A DNA stretch of 64,000 bases from Octopus vulgaris (GCA_951406725.2 OX597825.1:9610001-9674000); one strand, 5' to 3'. Positions 28,144 through 42,630 are shown, numbered from the stretch's first letter. Numbers and translations: made by a program. The notes: generated by a model from the letters alone, not told the origin.

Positions 28144-28598
28144 GTGTGTTCAGTTCTAAAAGCTATTCTAAAAGATGATAGCTCAGATGCCAATATTAAC
28201 ACAAGACGGTATTGATACAAAAGACACCGCCATCATTATGTTAGTATTGCAATTCCTATTTGTAATGTCCCGCTTGTTGCAATAAGGAAATTATTATTCC
28301 AAGCAGACTTGTTCGGCTTTTCACCGCAGCTTTTCCCAGCTTTTCGTGGCAGAAAGAAATGGATCAGAGAAGCGGCTGACTTCAGTGCTTCCTTTGTCCG
28401 TCTGCTATATTCCCAGCAAAGAATGCGCAGTCTTGAGCGTGGCGCTAATCGCTTGGTTTAAATGGTTCGCCCTAAAAGCAGCAGTGATATTTTCACTTCT
28501 GTGAGCTGTGAAGTGACAGCGCTGTTTGGATTAACTTGAACAAAGGAATGCTATCGATAATTTCTGTTCATAGCTCTGATGAATACATAGTTTCCAAT

Positions 28599-28992
28599 AG
28601 TGGCTGTGTGGTAAGTAGCTTCTTTACCAACCACATGGTTCCAGGTTCAGTCCCACTGCGTGGCACCTTGGGCAAGTGTCTTCTACTATAGCCTCGGGCC
28701 GACCAAAGCCTTGTGAGTGGATTTGGTAGATGGAAACTGAAAGAAGCCCGTCGTGTATATGTATATATATATATATGTGTGCCGGTGTGTTTGTGTGTCT
28801 GTGTTTGTCCCCCTAGCATTGCTTGACAACCGATGCTGGTGTGTTTACGTCCCCGTCACTTAGCGGTTCGGCAAAAGAGCCCGACAGAATAAGTACTGGG
28901 TTTACAAAGAACAAGTCTTGGGGTCGAGTTGCTCGATTAAAGGTGGTGCTCCAGCATGGCCGCAGTCAAATGACTGAAACAAGTAAAAGAGT
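28599..28992 (+). mobile_element. SINE family A
   Basis: Near full-length match to the copy at 4784. Confidence 0.92.
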
Positions 28993-29594
28993 ACGAAAAA
29001 AGAATTTGGTGTTTACCACCGATGGAGTGGTTTGAAAAGTACAGGGCTGTGTAATCCTGAGTGAGCTATCAACAATGTCCACTTCAAATGATATGCAACC
29101 GGATGCTTTCTCTATACTTGACCACTATCACCTTGTAACTGTCCTCTCGGCAGCTTGTTTGATCTTGCTTTTAGAGTCTAGTTTTTGAACTTTATCTGTC
29201 CATGGTCAAAGTACATGACAACCAATAAGAAATGTTTCGAGTTACACGCTTGGTCTGCTAGGGGCGTCTTGTCTCAACTTCTCTGTATTTACTGACTATC
29301 AAGACAAAACAAAGGAAATTGGAGAAATTAAAATTCTTAACATGTCAATATATGTAGACAATGCCACCACAATAGTGTCATACACTACGAAAGTTGAGGC
29401 GGTCCGCAGAAGTCTAAGAAATAGAAGGAAAAAGAAAGAAAAATTAACATGGACAGGTGAGTGACCTTTTAGGTCAACACCCTGAGAGACAAATCCATTT
29501 GGCTAGAGTTTCCATTCTGCTATGTTGCTTCGGTTCTGATTCGGTCTGGAGTGAGTGAATTCTTCCTTATTCATTCTGCGACAAACATGGATAC

Positions 29595-29907
29595 GTGAAA
29601 TTGCGTGACTTGGGGTCAGTTTGGAAACAAGATCACACGCTCAACAATCTCAGATCAGTCCATATGTATATGGTGGCTCACAATGAAATCAGTGACTCTG
29701 AAACACACACACTCACGCTCATTTTCGACATCTATGAGATATTCTCATCTCGTGATCTGTCGGGATCTGGTAAAGGGGTTACTACCAGATCCCGACAGAC
29801 CTCAAGCTACGGGCAGTCTTCTTGACTCCGGACGGTGAACTGGTGGTCCTGGACGTGAGCGGCAGCGAAGGTGGTGCTTTTAGACTAGTAGCCATTTATG
29901 CTCCACT
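29595..29907 (+). pseudogene. LINE (L1/Tx1-like) AP-endonuclease N-terminal relic
   Basis: LRDLGSVWKQDHTLNNLRS resembles the N-x-RGL start of APE. PDGELVVLDVSGSEGGAFRLVAIYAP matches the GR...vYAP strand motif. Frameshifted. Confidence 0.65.
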
Positions 29908-30354
29908 GGAGTTAAAAGGCCCATTCATTCCGGCTAATTCTTTTGGTCTTTTACCACGAATTTCAAGATTCAATGCAATTGACCATATACTTCTTGCTAG
30001 ACTAAACGCTATATTTGTTTTTGTTGTATTTTGGGATACCATAATGTGAGAGTAAATATGTTTAATCTGTTTAATCTGTCAGTCTGTTGTGGATGTCGGT
30101 TTCGATGTTTCAGTCTTATGTGGAGTGGCCGAAAAATTTTGCACAGCCACTTTTGGTGGTCGTCTCGCATCTTACCCTCTTATTCAGAACCCTTAGTACA
30201 AAATATAATGATTAGGTATGGAAATGACTCCAACAGAGTCACTGTTTCATCTCTAAAAAACGTAATGCGAAACATCCATTTATCAGTTGGCAATTAGTAG
30301 AAATTTACAATAGTTTAAATTGACCGAAGACTTTTGCACGGTGCTGTATGTGTT

Positions 30355-30392
<38 letters not shown>

Positions 30393-30425
30393 TGTGTGTG
30401 TGTGTCTGTGTGTGTGTGTGTAGTT

Positions 30426-30700
30426 GGAATTCGCAAAAAAAAAGACAAAATACGAAGATGGGTGTGTAAACAACGAACAGATGTATTATTTAACGCTCGG
30501 GAAGTGAGAGAGTCTTTTACGTTTCGAGCCTACGTTCTTCCACAGAAAGGAACACAGAAATAAACAGGGAGAGAAAATGAAAAAGATTTACTGGCTAGGG
30601 AATAATCATGGCGAATGCCGGACAGAGGTGGTCAGATAGGGGAGCTAGGAATAAGGGAGATAAAAAAAGTAGTGGTGATCCCAAAATGTAGGTGCGCGTG
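30426..30700 (-). mobile_element. PLE pLTR-like repeat family H1 with a minimal hammerhead variant
   Basis: Minus strand cttt CTGTGGA A gaac gtag gctc GAAA cg TA aaag at 30514-30549. Confidence 0.65.
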
Positions 30701-30739
30701 TGTGCATGTGTAGGTGTGTGGATGATGGTGTGGGTTTTG

Positions 30740-30970
30740 TTTTACTTGTTTCAATTTGATCGCAGCCATGCTGGAGCACCGCCTGTAGTCGAACAAATCG
30801 ACCCCAGGACTTATTCTTTGTAAGCCAAGTACTTAATTTATCGATCTCTTTTTTCCGAATCGTTTAGTTACGGGGATATAAACGCACCAAGATCGGTTGT
30901 CAAGCGATGGTGGGAGACAAACACCGACACACCAATACATACACATGCACACACAGACACACACCCCACA
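30740..30970 (-). mobile_element. SINE family A, 3' half
   Basis: gccatgctggagcaccgcc...aaatcgaccccaggacttattctttgtaagcc. Confidence 0.88.
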
Positions 30971-31585
30971 CCCATATATATATATATATGATATAAATTG
31001 GACATGGGCAATCGTTGTATTCTTTTTGTCTTGAGGTTCACAGCCAAACGGCTGGGTGGATTCGCGTGAAAAATGGCACACATGTAGAGACGGGTGCATA
31101 CATTGGAATGCAGTTCGTGTTTTTTCCTATCCCTCATAGTTACCGAGAAAATTAATTAACACTTTTTCCTAATGGAATTCCCCTGTTTGTTCTGCCATTA
31201 AAACAATCACTTGCTCACACGGCCGGCATATACCATTTCGATAGCAACAAGGGAGTACACGATGCCAGTCAGCCAAAAACTTTTGCTATGCTGTCTCTCT
31301 TCTTTCACCTCTTTGTGGGGTTAATAATCTTAATCTTTAGTTACAGTCTCTCATTCAAACTACATAATAGGCAGAATTGTCGGATTAAGACAGTAGGGTA
31401 TTTCAAGAGAGATTTGGCTGCTATTTCTACCAGGTCTAGCTACCATGCAGAGGTCTGAACTTAATTTTCATTCACATATTTGCATTTCAAAAATTTAACA
31501 TAATCTTTTCCATAAATCAACTATCGTAAAAATTTTATACGATGACCTCACATTCTCTATGTATGTGTGTTCACCTTAAAAGAAG

Positions 31586-31685
31586 TCAATCATCACCACA
31601 CACACCTTCACTCACTCACTCTATCTCTGTCTCACCTTCTTTCTCTACAACATACACGTGCAAGCACTCACACACACACACACAC

Positions 31686-31760
<75 letters not shown>

Positions 31761-32222
31761 CATTTCATAAATCTTCTTTCAATTTCTGCTCTCTGCAAAT
31801 AAAATTTTTACGGATATAACTGCTTGCATAAATAGGGATTAATGTATAATTTCTTTCTATGTTCATAATTAAATCAATGTTTTAATGACTAGACAGAGGT
31901 CCAATAGAATAGCTCTAAAGAACAGACTACGTACAAATACATCAATCATCACGGCACACACTCTCACTCACTCTGTCTCCCTTTCTCACCCTCTTTCCCT
32001 CTCACATTTACACGCGCAAGCACGCACGCACACACACACATCTCCATTTCATATATCTTCTTTCAATTTCTGTTCTCTGCAAATAAAATTTTTACAGATG
32101 CAACTGCTTACAAAAATAGGGATCAATGTATAATTTCTTTCTATGTCCATAATTAAATCAATGTTTTAATAAGTAGACAGAGGTCCAATAGAATATCTCT
32201 AAGAAACAGACTACGTACAAAT
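31586..32222. repeat. Local tandem duplication (units 31586-31938 and 31942-32222)
   Basis: Both units start tcaatcatcac and end acagactacgtacaaat. They differ mainly in (CA)n length. Confidence 0.9.
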
Positions 32223-32422
32223 TCGTTCTTCACAACTCCTGAAGCGCTTTTCTGACAAGGGGGTGGAGTCAGAAAATGTTCATACAGCTGGAGGCTCCAA
32301 TAGAAACAGGGACCCGAAATGATAAGGTTGAGAAACGCTGTTATAGATTATGCCTAACCGAAAACGATCACAGCCACATCATCCGAATAGACCCGGTGAA
32401 ACCGGGTTTAGCTGCTAGTATA

Positions 32423-32503
<81 letters not shown>

Positions 32504-32504
32504 C

Positions 32505-32655
32505 ACGGGCTTCTTTCAGTTACCGTCTTCCACAAGGCTCTGGTCGGCTCGAAGCTACAGTAGAAGACGCTTGCCCTGAGTGCCACGCAGTGGGGCTGAA
32601 CCCGGAACCATGTGGTTGGGAAGCAAACATCTTACCACATAGATACTCTTGCGCC
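32505..32655 (-). mobile_element. SINE family A, 5' part
   Basis: acgggcttctttcagtt...gtgccacgcagtggggctgaacccggaaccatgtggttgg...gcgcc. Confidence 0.85.
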
Positions 32656-32964
32656 TATATAAATATATATAGATATATATATGTATATGTATATATATTT
32701 TTTTATACATATGTATATATATGTATGTGTGCATCCCATCTATTCATATATGAGTATGTTTGTGTGCACCCATACATTCATATATATATATATATATATA
32801 TATATACAAATGTATGTATGTATGTATGTATATATGTATGTATGTATGTATATATGTATGTATGTATCTCTGTATCTATGTATGTATGTATGTATGTATG
32901 TATGTATGTATGTATTTATGTATGTATCTATGTATGTATCTATGTATGTATCTCTGTATCTATG

Positions 32965-32996
<32 letters not shown>

Positions 32997-33311
32997 GGAA
33001 ATTCTTTTTCTCACACTACTGCGTTCGCCAGAGAAGACTTGTAAGTTTCCATAAATATCAAGATGCCTTTACGTAAACTTGGTTTTCAGAAAATAGTTAT
33101 TTGCCGGATGATCTCCGTAACATGAAACTTGAGCGGCCAGAAAAAAAATTCAGTTTAGATATACAATAAACTATAGAAGGACTCAGCATTCTTCTTTCAA
33201 CGATAAACCATAATATATGACTTCACATATTTGTAATTATATGTATTTACCTACATACTCATGTGTCGCTATATACATACAAACATAGACACAACATATG
33301 TACATAGTTAA

Positions 33312-33369
<58 letters not shown>

Positions 33370-33372
<3 letters not shown>

Positions 33373-33582
33373 GACCGCGTGTGTATCGTTGGTGATTTTT
33401 TGCCTCAGTCTTCCCTGCCTTGGATCTTTCCTTTTCCTATTTTTCTGACGAAAAGCTCCGCTCGAAACGTTAAATCCACGTTAAATTATTTCTTTCCTTT
33501 CCTAAGCGTCCAATAACACTATACTTGTTCCACGTCCTCGCGTTGTTGTGTTTTCTCTTTGTGTTTTCATGTTTGGATTAAC
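33370..33582 (+). mobile_element. PLE pLTR-like repeat (family H3) with a minimal hammerhead
   Basis: ttt CTGACGA a aagc tcc gctc GAAA cg TT aaa at 33442-33474. A ~210-bp pyrimidine-rich unit between TA-rich tracts. Confidence 0.6.
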
Positions 33583-33610
33583 TATATATCTATCTATCTA
33601 TATACATATA

Positions 33611-33673
<63 letters not shown>

Positions 33674-34089
33674 AACAAGAACGAAAATGCTGCTTTCTTA
33701 AAATTGAGTACATTATAATTTTCCTTTTACATGTTTCGGTTTTTGAAAAACCTTAACAAAAATATGTACTAAAATCGAAAATGTAAAGAGAAAAGAACTA
33801 TTCAAAAAATTAATTTAAATTAAGATTAACATTCATAGTTTACTTTCCTTTTTCCTGCAAGAACACGTGATAGCCTTTGGTTCTGTTAACATAAGTTCAA
33901 CTGAGTGTGACTGCAAATTACTCTCTGTCTTTGTAAATTGAATAGTGTGGTCAAGACTTGTTTTCTGAGGAATGCCTATAGCCGTCGAATAACTAGCAGC
34001 AGTAATAATAATAGTCGCCATGGTGAAGTTGTTCCCCCTGTATACATGTGTGTGCGTGTGCGTGTATTTATAAACCGCCCTTATCTAAC

Positions 34090-34126
<37 letters not shown>

Positions 34127-34150
34127 CATATATACATGTATATATATATT

Positions 34151-34308
34151 TGCTGGTGTGTTTACGTCCCCGTAACTTAGCGATTCGGAAAAAGAGACCG
34201 ATAATATAAGTACTAGGCTTACAAAAAATAAGCTCTGGGGTCGATTTGCTCGACTAAAGATGGAGGTCCAGCATGGCTGCAGTCAAACGACTGAAACAAG
34301 TAAGAGAA
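34151..34308 (+). mobile_element. SINE family A, 3' half
   Basis: tgctggtgtgtttacgtccccgtaacttagcg...ggggtcgatttgctcgactaaag. Confidence 0.88.
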
Positions 34309-34310
34309 TA

Positions 34311-34341
<31 letters not shown>

Positions 34342-35285
34342 GTATGTATGTGTGTGTGTATATATATATATATATAATATATACTCACATGGATATCTAA
34401 ATACGTACATGAGGCATACATAATACATGTATATATAATAGATACAGAAATATACATTAGCTTCAAGCTGAAATTGTATTTTTCGATATGTCATGTTTAT
34501 TGATGATCTTCATTGCTTCAAGCGACAGATGTTTCAAGAAAGCATCGGCTTAGTAGAAGAATGAAGCTTCAACCTGCAGCAAACTTACAAATACATTGTA
34601 ATGAGGATAACCTTTTTCTTGTTTATAGATTCGAATTTTTTTTAAAATATACACATAATATATGTTTCTGCATGCGGGCGTGTGTTTATGTTAAGAATCT
34701 AATTTCACGGTTTAACACATTTCATATCTTGGTCCTATTAAAGCTGCCAATACCGACATCTAAATATTTGTCAACGTGCCTTTTTATCGGACAGAATCTT
34801 TGATACGATCAATAACTAAATCGGGGGATGCAAATAAGTTACTCCAGTGGGAAGAAAAACCGAGTCACGGAAATCCAGTTGTCGAAATTTTTAAAAGAAA
34901 ATGTAATATATTCAAGATATCCAATTCTAAATGTTTTTTTCTTGCACCACAATAACAACAGTTTTGAAAACGATTATTTTTGGTAAAATTGTTCCATCGT
35001 CAGCTAGAATAAACTGGGTATGTTTACGCATACTTTCGGATTTATCATTCAGTCTCTTACAAAATGTATGAGAACTAACGCTTTAATGTTAGAGTGGCCT
35101 GGAATGTCGTTACCAAGTTATAAGAACGGGGAGTGTTTCATTTTTTTTTTCAATATAACAAAATAATAGGTCCAGTATCCAATGGACTTCTCTTTGCAGG
35201 GATCACAGCGGTACTCTCTCCCTTATAGTATACGTGGATAGCAGTGTGGATGGAAGGGATAGATTTATTAATTACAATTTCAATA

Positions 35286-35458
35286 GGCGCAGGAGTGGCT
35301 GTGTGGTAAGTAGCTTGCTAACCAACCACATGGTTCCGGGTTCAGTCCCACTACGTGGAATCTTGGGCAAGTGTCTTCTGCTATAGCCCCGGGCCGACCA
35401 ATGCCTTTTGAGTGGATTTGGTAGACGGAAACTGAAAGAAGCCTGTCGTATATATGTG

Positions 35459-35497
<39 letters not shown>

Positions 35498-35699
35498 TTG
35501 TGTGTCCCCCTAGCATCGCTTGACAACCGATGCTGGTGTGTTTACGTCCCCGTCACTTAGCGGTTCGGCAAAAGAGACCGATAGAGTAAGTACTGGGCTT
35601 ACAAAGAATAAGTCCCGGGGTCGATCTGCTCGACTAAAGGCGGTGCTCCAGCATGGCCGCAGTCAAATGACTGAAACAAGTAAAAGAGTAAAAGAGAGA
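35286..35699 (+). mobile_element. SINE family A, full length
   Basis: ggcgcaggagtggctgtgtggtaag through to the (gtaaaaga)n tail. Confidence 0.93.
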
Positions 35700-38600
35700 G
35701 GTACGTGTTGGATATTTGATGTTGTGATCATAATGTAAATTACTTTTTATGTAAGAATTGTCTGTGGCGAGATGGCTGAAAGAAGTAGTTCGAGTCTACC
35801 TTGTAATTTGGAGAGGGTTGTATGTGTGGGTTTGTGATATCAAGTGTGAACGTACCAATTTCTTTTAAAGACAGGTTGAGGAGGGTGATGCGTCTGCAGT
35901 GAGCTATTTGGGATTTTGTTGGATTTTATAACGCTGAGAAGTTTTTTTCAATTTCCAGATCTTGGGGATTCAATTGTTGGCACGAGTAATTGTGTATGTT
36001 GAGGGCAGTGGTTCCTTCAAGACCAAAATCTTTAAGGATTTTGTCAGGTACTGAAAACTTAGACTTTTTCATTTCACTATGGAGTTTTTGTGTATAATAC
36101 ATGAATGGTATCGATCCATTACTAAATAAAAACAGTCAGTATTTTGATTGTACTGGTCATAGCAAGAGAAATATTTGTATACTAGGTGAAGCCTGACATG
36201 CCAATGTATAGTGGTCACTCGCACAATCAAATAATTTAAAAGACATTACCTACAACACGCCACGGCTTAGAAAACATTTCTAGAATTAAAAATGTAAAAT
36301 TCATCGCTCATTTAGAACTTCTGTTTGCAACAACCACTTGTCACACAATACCTGCTGCATTTCTATAACCGTAACAACACAGTCACATGCTAATGAGTAG
36401 ACACACTCTCACATATCAATAAACAAAATACTTGTTGAAGAGGTGGTTGTGATGGGCCCTAGTGACGTAGCAAATATTTACTGCAATGCTTACATTTTCC
36501 AGTTCTTAGATGTGTGTTTACTGAAGAGGATAAGACGTTTTTTTTTTCTTTTTCTGGTGGCTTATTGGTGATCGAATTTAATGATGATTATAATCTTTTC
36601 CAACACTTGTGGATCCTTTATGACAGCTCAACTCAATTCTTGATCTTCAAACTGGATGTGTCGAGTTATATTACATTAGGAAGATCGAGTAAAAAATAAT
36701 TTCCTGCTACTTTCAGATCTTCACCGATTTATTAAAAGAATTTACATAAAATTTATCATTCGGGATTAATCGCATCTTTTTATTCATATTTGAATTTATT
36801 CAGTATTTTCATTTAATCTTTAAAGTTTTCAAACTAACAAAGATCAAATATCTAATTAAAAGATTAAAGATATTTAATATAAGATAATATAATGATATTA
36901 TTTTATTGTCATTTGCACTAGCTTGGCACATACTTTGAAATTTGCTTCATGCAGAACAAAAGTTAAATATAGAAGATAAAACTGATAACACATCTAACAT
37001 AGATGAAAGAGAGGACGAAAGCTTACGTTATATATTCTGAGTACATACAACTGTTTTCATTTATCTGATCGTTTATGCGCTCATACAAAATTCTCATATA
37101 ACCGGAGTAGTAAATGTTTTTAAAATGAGATATCCTTGACGTTATATCCGATGATCTCAATCCTAAACGCAAAAGATTAAATATTATATCTGAATGATAG
37201 TTCGAGTCCCCAGTGATGATATTTAAAGCTAAAAAGCTATAATATGTATAATATGTATAATATATAATATGTAGGAGTTGGGGATAACGGAGCACAATTT
37301 TCCTAGCAACGAGCACAGGTTTGTTGAGATATTATACAGATCTAAACTGATTTACTTCGTGATTATTAATTCAATTCTACAATTCTTTTCATTGAAATTC
37401 AAACCGCTTAGTTGTTCTTGAATGGAGCAGCAAATAACAGCTAAATTTGATCGAGTCTATCAAATAAGACAGATAAGATAATGAGGTATAGCATTTGATT
37501 AGCTGTTGTCGTCGTATTCATGTTTTTCCGATTGCAGAGTAGGTTGTTCTAATATTTAGGAAGGGAAAAAATGTCTGAGTCAGTGAAAAAACAGCCTGAA
37601 ACCTTCTCTCATTTCTTTCTTCTTATTCCAACTGCAGTCAGAATAGATGCAGTTGATCTTATTACTTCAATAATTGATGTTATTCCGGTTGGTGCTTTAC
37701 TTTAGCTCAGCTCAGTTCTATTTCCCTAAACTTCCAGTTAATTACATTCTGTCTTTAAACGTTACCTCTTTCTTTACCTGCATAATAGATCTTAAGAGTA
37801 CATTATTCAATGTTATTCAACGCTTCATTGCTTTTTATGATAGATTCTTTGTAGAACTTTGTTCCTTCTCTAGTCACTAACTTGATTGAATTATCTGTAA
37901 ACATTTAAGAGTGCATTATACAATATACTGTCCCCTTGTTTGAGGCAACGGTGTGTGTCAGTTGGAGGAGATTTGGCTACTATTTCTGGTATGTAACGCT
38001 GCTCGCAGCACTAATGTTAAAAATATTTAATAAAGGGTTTTAAAATGTGAAAGTTCTCTCGAAAATTCCTGTAAGTGCAAGCAATAAAACCACCTTTCGC
38101 CTGAACCATTGACATAACATATTCTGTTGACATAACATATTGATGTAGTTTGGAATTTTACAGTAAATCTCAATTTTTATGCTTCTATATATTTAAACAG
38201 AATTGATATGTAAATGATGTTAACACTCCCTAAAAATCAGATTGCATTTGTAATGGCTTACCACTATTCTATTTTACACGCTAATGGATGTTCTAATTGA
38301 AATGTTCCACATGGATTTCTTATTTTGTAAAGTTTATCTCTGATCTATATCATTCTGTATTATTCTTTTATATTTAAAATTATTCAATATAATTTTATTT
38401 CATTTTTTTTTTAATGTTCTGATCTTAATTTACAGATTTCCCACCAATGAAGAGCTGACATTCGAGCCCGAATCAAGACACTTTCGTTGAAATTTAGGCA
38501 TCAACGAGGTAGTTATGAATGTACGTATATATTATATCTATGTAAGCCTCGGCAAGCGTAGAGATATAAGTGCATGCCATTACGTGTGTTAATACGTATG

Positions 38601-40222
38601 GTCATGTGAGTACATGACCGTAGATGTTTCTGTATACATAAGCATATGTTTTGTACACACTAAAAGTTAAATTTCTGGAATATCTTTCCGATATTTTCGT
38701 TTACATTGATTCGTATCCATTCTGTTTCCTTTTAATTCGTTTCCTTTCTGTTTCATAAATTCTAACCCCTCAAAAACTAGCTGAATAGTGAGCGTGAATC
38801 AGTTAAATACGTATTCATGTTCCCTTCAAAATCTCAAGTATACATTTAAAGCTGTAGTCTGTGTACATTATCTAAATATTACGCTGTAGATCGCCATAGA
38901 TGCTTTCTTAACATCTACTGGACAACTGATTTCTATTACTGCACCCACTTTCTTTCCACTAGCTTATATTATCATCACTACTTTACTGCGCATACATTTT
39001 ACAAAGATTTTGCCTAGAACAACCCGCCAGCATTCTTTCACATTATAAGTTAACTGTTTATATTTTGAATTTCAGAATATCTTTCTTAGAATTGCATCAT
39101 AAAGTGTTTTGGCCACCACATTATGTCTCCTAGTCAGACAATATTGCCAGTCATGACATTTCCATACAGTTCTTATGATGTGGATCATTTCTTCACTATT
39201 AATTCCACAGAAGCTTCACCATTTTCTCAACTAAGTGTTTTATCTGCATTTCTATCGAGTGTATAAAGCTACTTTGTTGTTATTTCCTCTTTCTCTGGAT
39301 TGTAAAACATATCCTTCAAAGTGAAACGTAATAAAGTGGCAGAAAACAAAAACCATACAAAATACTTAAGTGAATATGGTTACAAAATGGTTAATCAACA
39401 CACATTCCGCTCGTAATAATGAAAGAAATCATTAACGTTAATTCTTACTCTTGTCAAAGGCAAATGAGAAAACAACGAAATCAAAATTGACTAAAATGTC
39501 ACTGAGGATATTTCGTGAGGAGTAAATCTATCTTTTGTAAAAGCATCGACAACTTTAGACATAGTTCCGTATTCTTATCTGTGTAATTAAACGACCTCAG
39601 TGAAGCCTGATCTTAAAAGTATTTACCAGATTTTAGAATGGCAGAAATTATACGTTCTAATGAGAAGAAAATACATTCTAGTACACTTACCTATTTACTT
39701 ATAATACCGTCACCTTGAGACTTTCTGACAATATTGCTAGGCATGACTTTTCGTTGATAATTATAAAGAGTTTCGTCTGAGGTTTTCATGCAGTTCCGCA
39801 GTGCAGCTTCCCTGGGTGTCTAAGCAATGTCATCAACATCAACCAGAATATACTAACTTTCAAGATACTCTCTATCCCAGCTAGATACTTCTTCAATGGA
39901 TGTATTGTGAAACTTGGTAGATACTGTCGATTGAATACGATACATCTAAAGATTAGGAAAATTGATAAACCTCTGCTTCTGTGTTTCCGTTTTCAGTCTA
40001 AAGAATATTTTCTGACGATGCCGTGTGTCTGCAGGCTTTTATCAGCAATAGTCTGGATCTTCTATACTTGTACAATACTCACGTGTAAGCCACGGAATAC
40101 TGAACGCCAAGTGATCCAACGACTGTATTTTCTAGTCCATATGCTTGTGTGTCTCAATATTATATTAATATGATCTGTCTTGCAGCTGTAACTTTAGTAC
40201 CGAGACGGTTTTCTCTTAAAGT

Positions 40223-40356
40223 GTTTCATTTCGAATACGTTTGAAGTTTTTATACTCTGCACTCATCTTGCTCTTGACACACTATTGCGGCTGCTACTGT
40301 GGCCACTAATAGCTATATGTAGACGCGACGGTTTGTTCACAATCAGAACCGTAAGT
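40223..40356. repeat. Unique-looking 134-bp segment, duplicated in inverted orientation at 41941-42074
   Basis: The reverse complement matches 41941-42074 with 5 mismatches by hand count. Confidence 0.92.
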
Positions 40357-41491
40357 AGGCGGCTGTTTTTCTATTTACGGGAATACGTTCTTTGCTTATT
40401 GCTTCTACAGTCATGTCTCTACTGTTCTGATAGTTGAGAATCAAATTATTATTAGTAATCCTCTTCTTGCCTTCAACAAATGATGCTTGCTAGTGTAATT
40501 GTTTTGCTGTGAAATAATTCAGTTCTGAGTGTTTTAGTCTCAATATATTTTCATTCTAGTCTTATAGCCAGCAGAGAAACACAAGTCGTTATTTAGTTCA
40601 TAAGTTCAAAGAAAATCTACTGAATAATTCCAATTCTGCTCGTCGTATTTATAAAGATTTTACTTTCTTTTTTCCGATGTTGTTGATGTTGTCTTCGTGC
40701 CCAACCATGTTGTTTGTATTAATTCTCTGCATAGTGAATACAGGCTTAGAACAAATTCAAGATATAACAATCTTGAGTAAAAGGTGAGCGTAACCGGAAG
40801 AATAAACACTAATTTCGCAAGTCCGGCAGATTAGCTGTCTCATGTACACTAGGAATGGCGATTATCGAAAATTCAATGAATCTTCTCTATGTATGCACGC
40901 TCCTATGTATGAAAGCATGTATCTACATAATCATGTATGCATATGTGTGTGTGAGAGTATGTGTGTGTGTGTGTGTACGTATACGTGTACACATGCATAT
41001 ATGTATATTGTGTGTAGGTGTTCATGTATGTATATCACAGTTTCTCTGTTCTTCTTTAATGGGACAAATAAAGATTTTCCATCTTCTCGGTTCTGGTTAT
41101 TTAATTTGACCAGAATCCCTGTTTAGAATCTGATCGACGGTAGGTTCCATTGTTTGTCTTGACACTGTCATGTCGCCAATTCCAAACTAAAAACATTGTT
41201 CCAAGCATTGAATGGGAGTTCCGCAGGCCGTTGTGCATAAAACTAATTCCAGTACAAATATCGCTTTATACAATTTTCTTATAAATTACTTATCGGAAAG
41301 ATAGTCTTTCCAGAAACTAAGTTACATACTGAATTTTTATTGGTATTTCGTTTACTAATTCACGTTTCGTAGTTCTAGAAAAACGGCGGCTGAAAGAGGC
41401 ATCTGTCTTAACATTGTTGAAGTAGCAAACGAATTGGAATACTGAATTCTTTTACAAAATTTACCATGTGTATTTTCAAAATAAACCATGG

Positions 41492-42630
41492 ACGAGAGTG
41501 GGCTGATAAGTTCATAGGCTGACTATAAATGAGTAATACTAGAGCTGTGAAATCCTGCATGCATTAATTTCAATTCTTCTTGTTCATAACTGCATTGCTT
41601 TTTGGGGGTTTTTTGCAGGTAAATTGATAACTGACTGTTCAAAGAAGACTCAAAAGTAATTAGTAATGACTTATCTTGAAAATGGACAAAATCTGGCATG
41701 GTGGTGTTATCAAATGCCTGCAGGAAAAGTGTATAGTCCACAAGTCCTCAAGTCCTCAAGTCTAGTCCTCATGGTTGTTACACAGAGGGATGACTCCCCA
41801 GCTCTATAAACAGTGCAAAAGTGTGATGGGGGAGGACTGAATTTAAGAGAATAAGTAGAGTCTTGAAGATTACCAAAGGTTTGAACGTCCTGCAACGGCC
41901 ACCACCATTGATCGTGTTCACCACATGGTTATGGATCATAACTTACGGTTCCGATTGTGAACAAACCGTCGCGTCTACATATAGCTATTAGTGGCCACAG
42001 TAGCAGGCACAATAGTGCGGCAAGAGCAAGATGAGTGCAGAGTATAAAAACTTCAAACGTATTCGAAATGAAACCTTGAGAATACTCTGTACAAAGAACT
42101 TAGGATGAAGAAGGTTTCTGCACGGTGGTTGCCACATCTGACACCTGATCAAAAGCGCACCAGCTTGATCACATCACGTTAATATCTGATATTGTTTGAG
42201 GCAGATCTAGCTGGTTTCCTTGAGCGTTTCTTTAATCCATGATGAGAATTGGGTTTATCATTTTGGGCCAGAGGAAAGAGACAACGCATTCAGTGAAAAC
42301 ACTCCTCCTCACCTACTACAAATAATGCAAAGACCCTTTCATCTGCAAGGGATGTGACGGCCTCAGTGTTTTTTTTCTTTTTGATATAAAAGGCATTGTG
42401 TTTTTTGGCCATATACAAAAGTGTCACACCATCATGGAAGAGTATTAAGCCAACTTGCTGAAGCAATTACGAAAGGTTGTCAAGACCAAACACCTATAAA
42501 AACTGATGAAAGGGGGTTTGTTTCATGAAGACAATGCTCCAGCATACAATTACTTCGCTTCAGTTGCTGCTGTGCGTGATTGAGGCTTTGAACTAGTCGC
42601 TCACCCACTTTATTCTCTTGTTTTGGCCTT
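41492..42630 (+). pseudogene. Degenerate mariner transposon, 3'-truncated
   Basis: TIR-like acgagagtgggctgataagttc. Remnant peptides MDKIWH, IDRVHHMVMD, ELRMKKVSARWLPHL (WVPH motif), LFHEDNAPA, and HPLYSLVLA (degenerate YSPDLAP). Confidence 0.85.

Noticed and set aside
28568-29035. Recurrent peptides such as HLPKVPRSGTEPGTMWL and LQHGRSQMTETSKR
   Set aside because: They recur because they are translations of SINE family A, not a protein family.
38445-38478. Hammerhead-like aTGAAGAgct...agcccGAAtc
   Set aside because: Both core boxes are mutated (no C3, GAAT instead of GAAA) and no helix I is evident.
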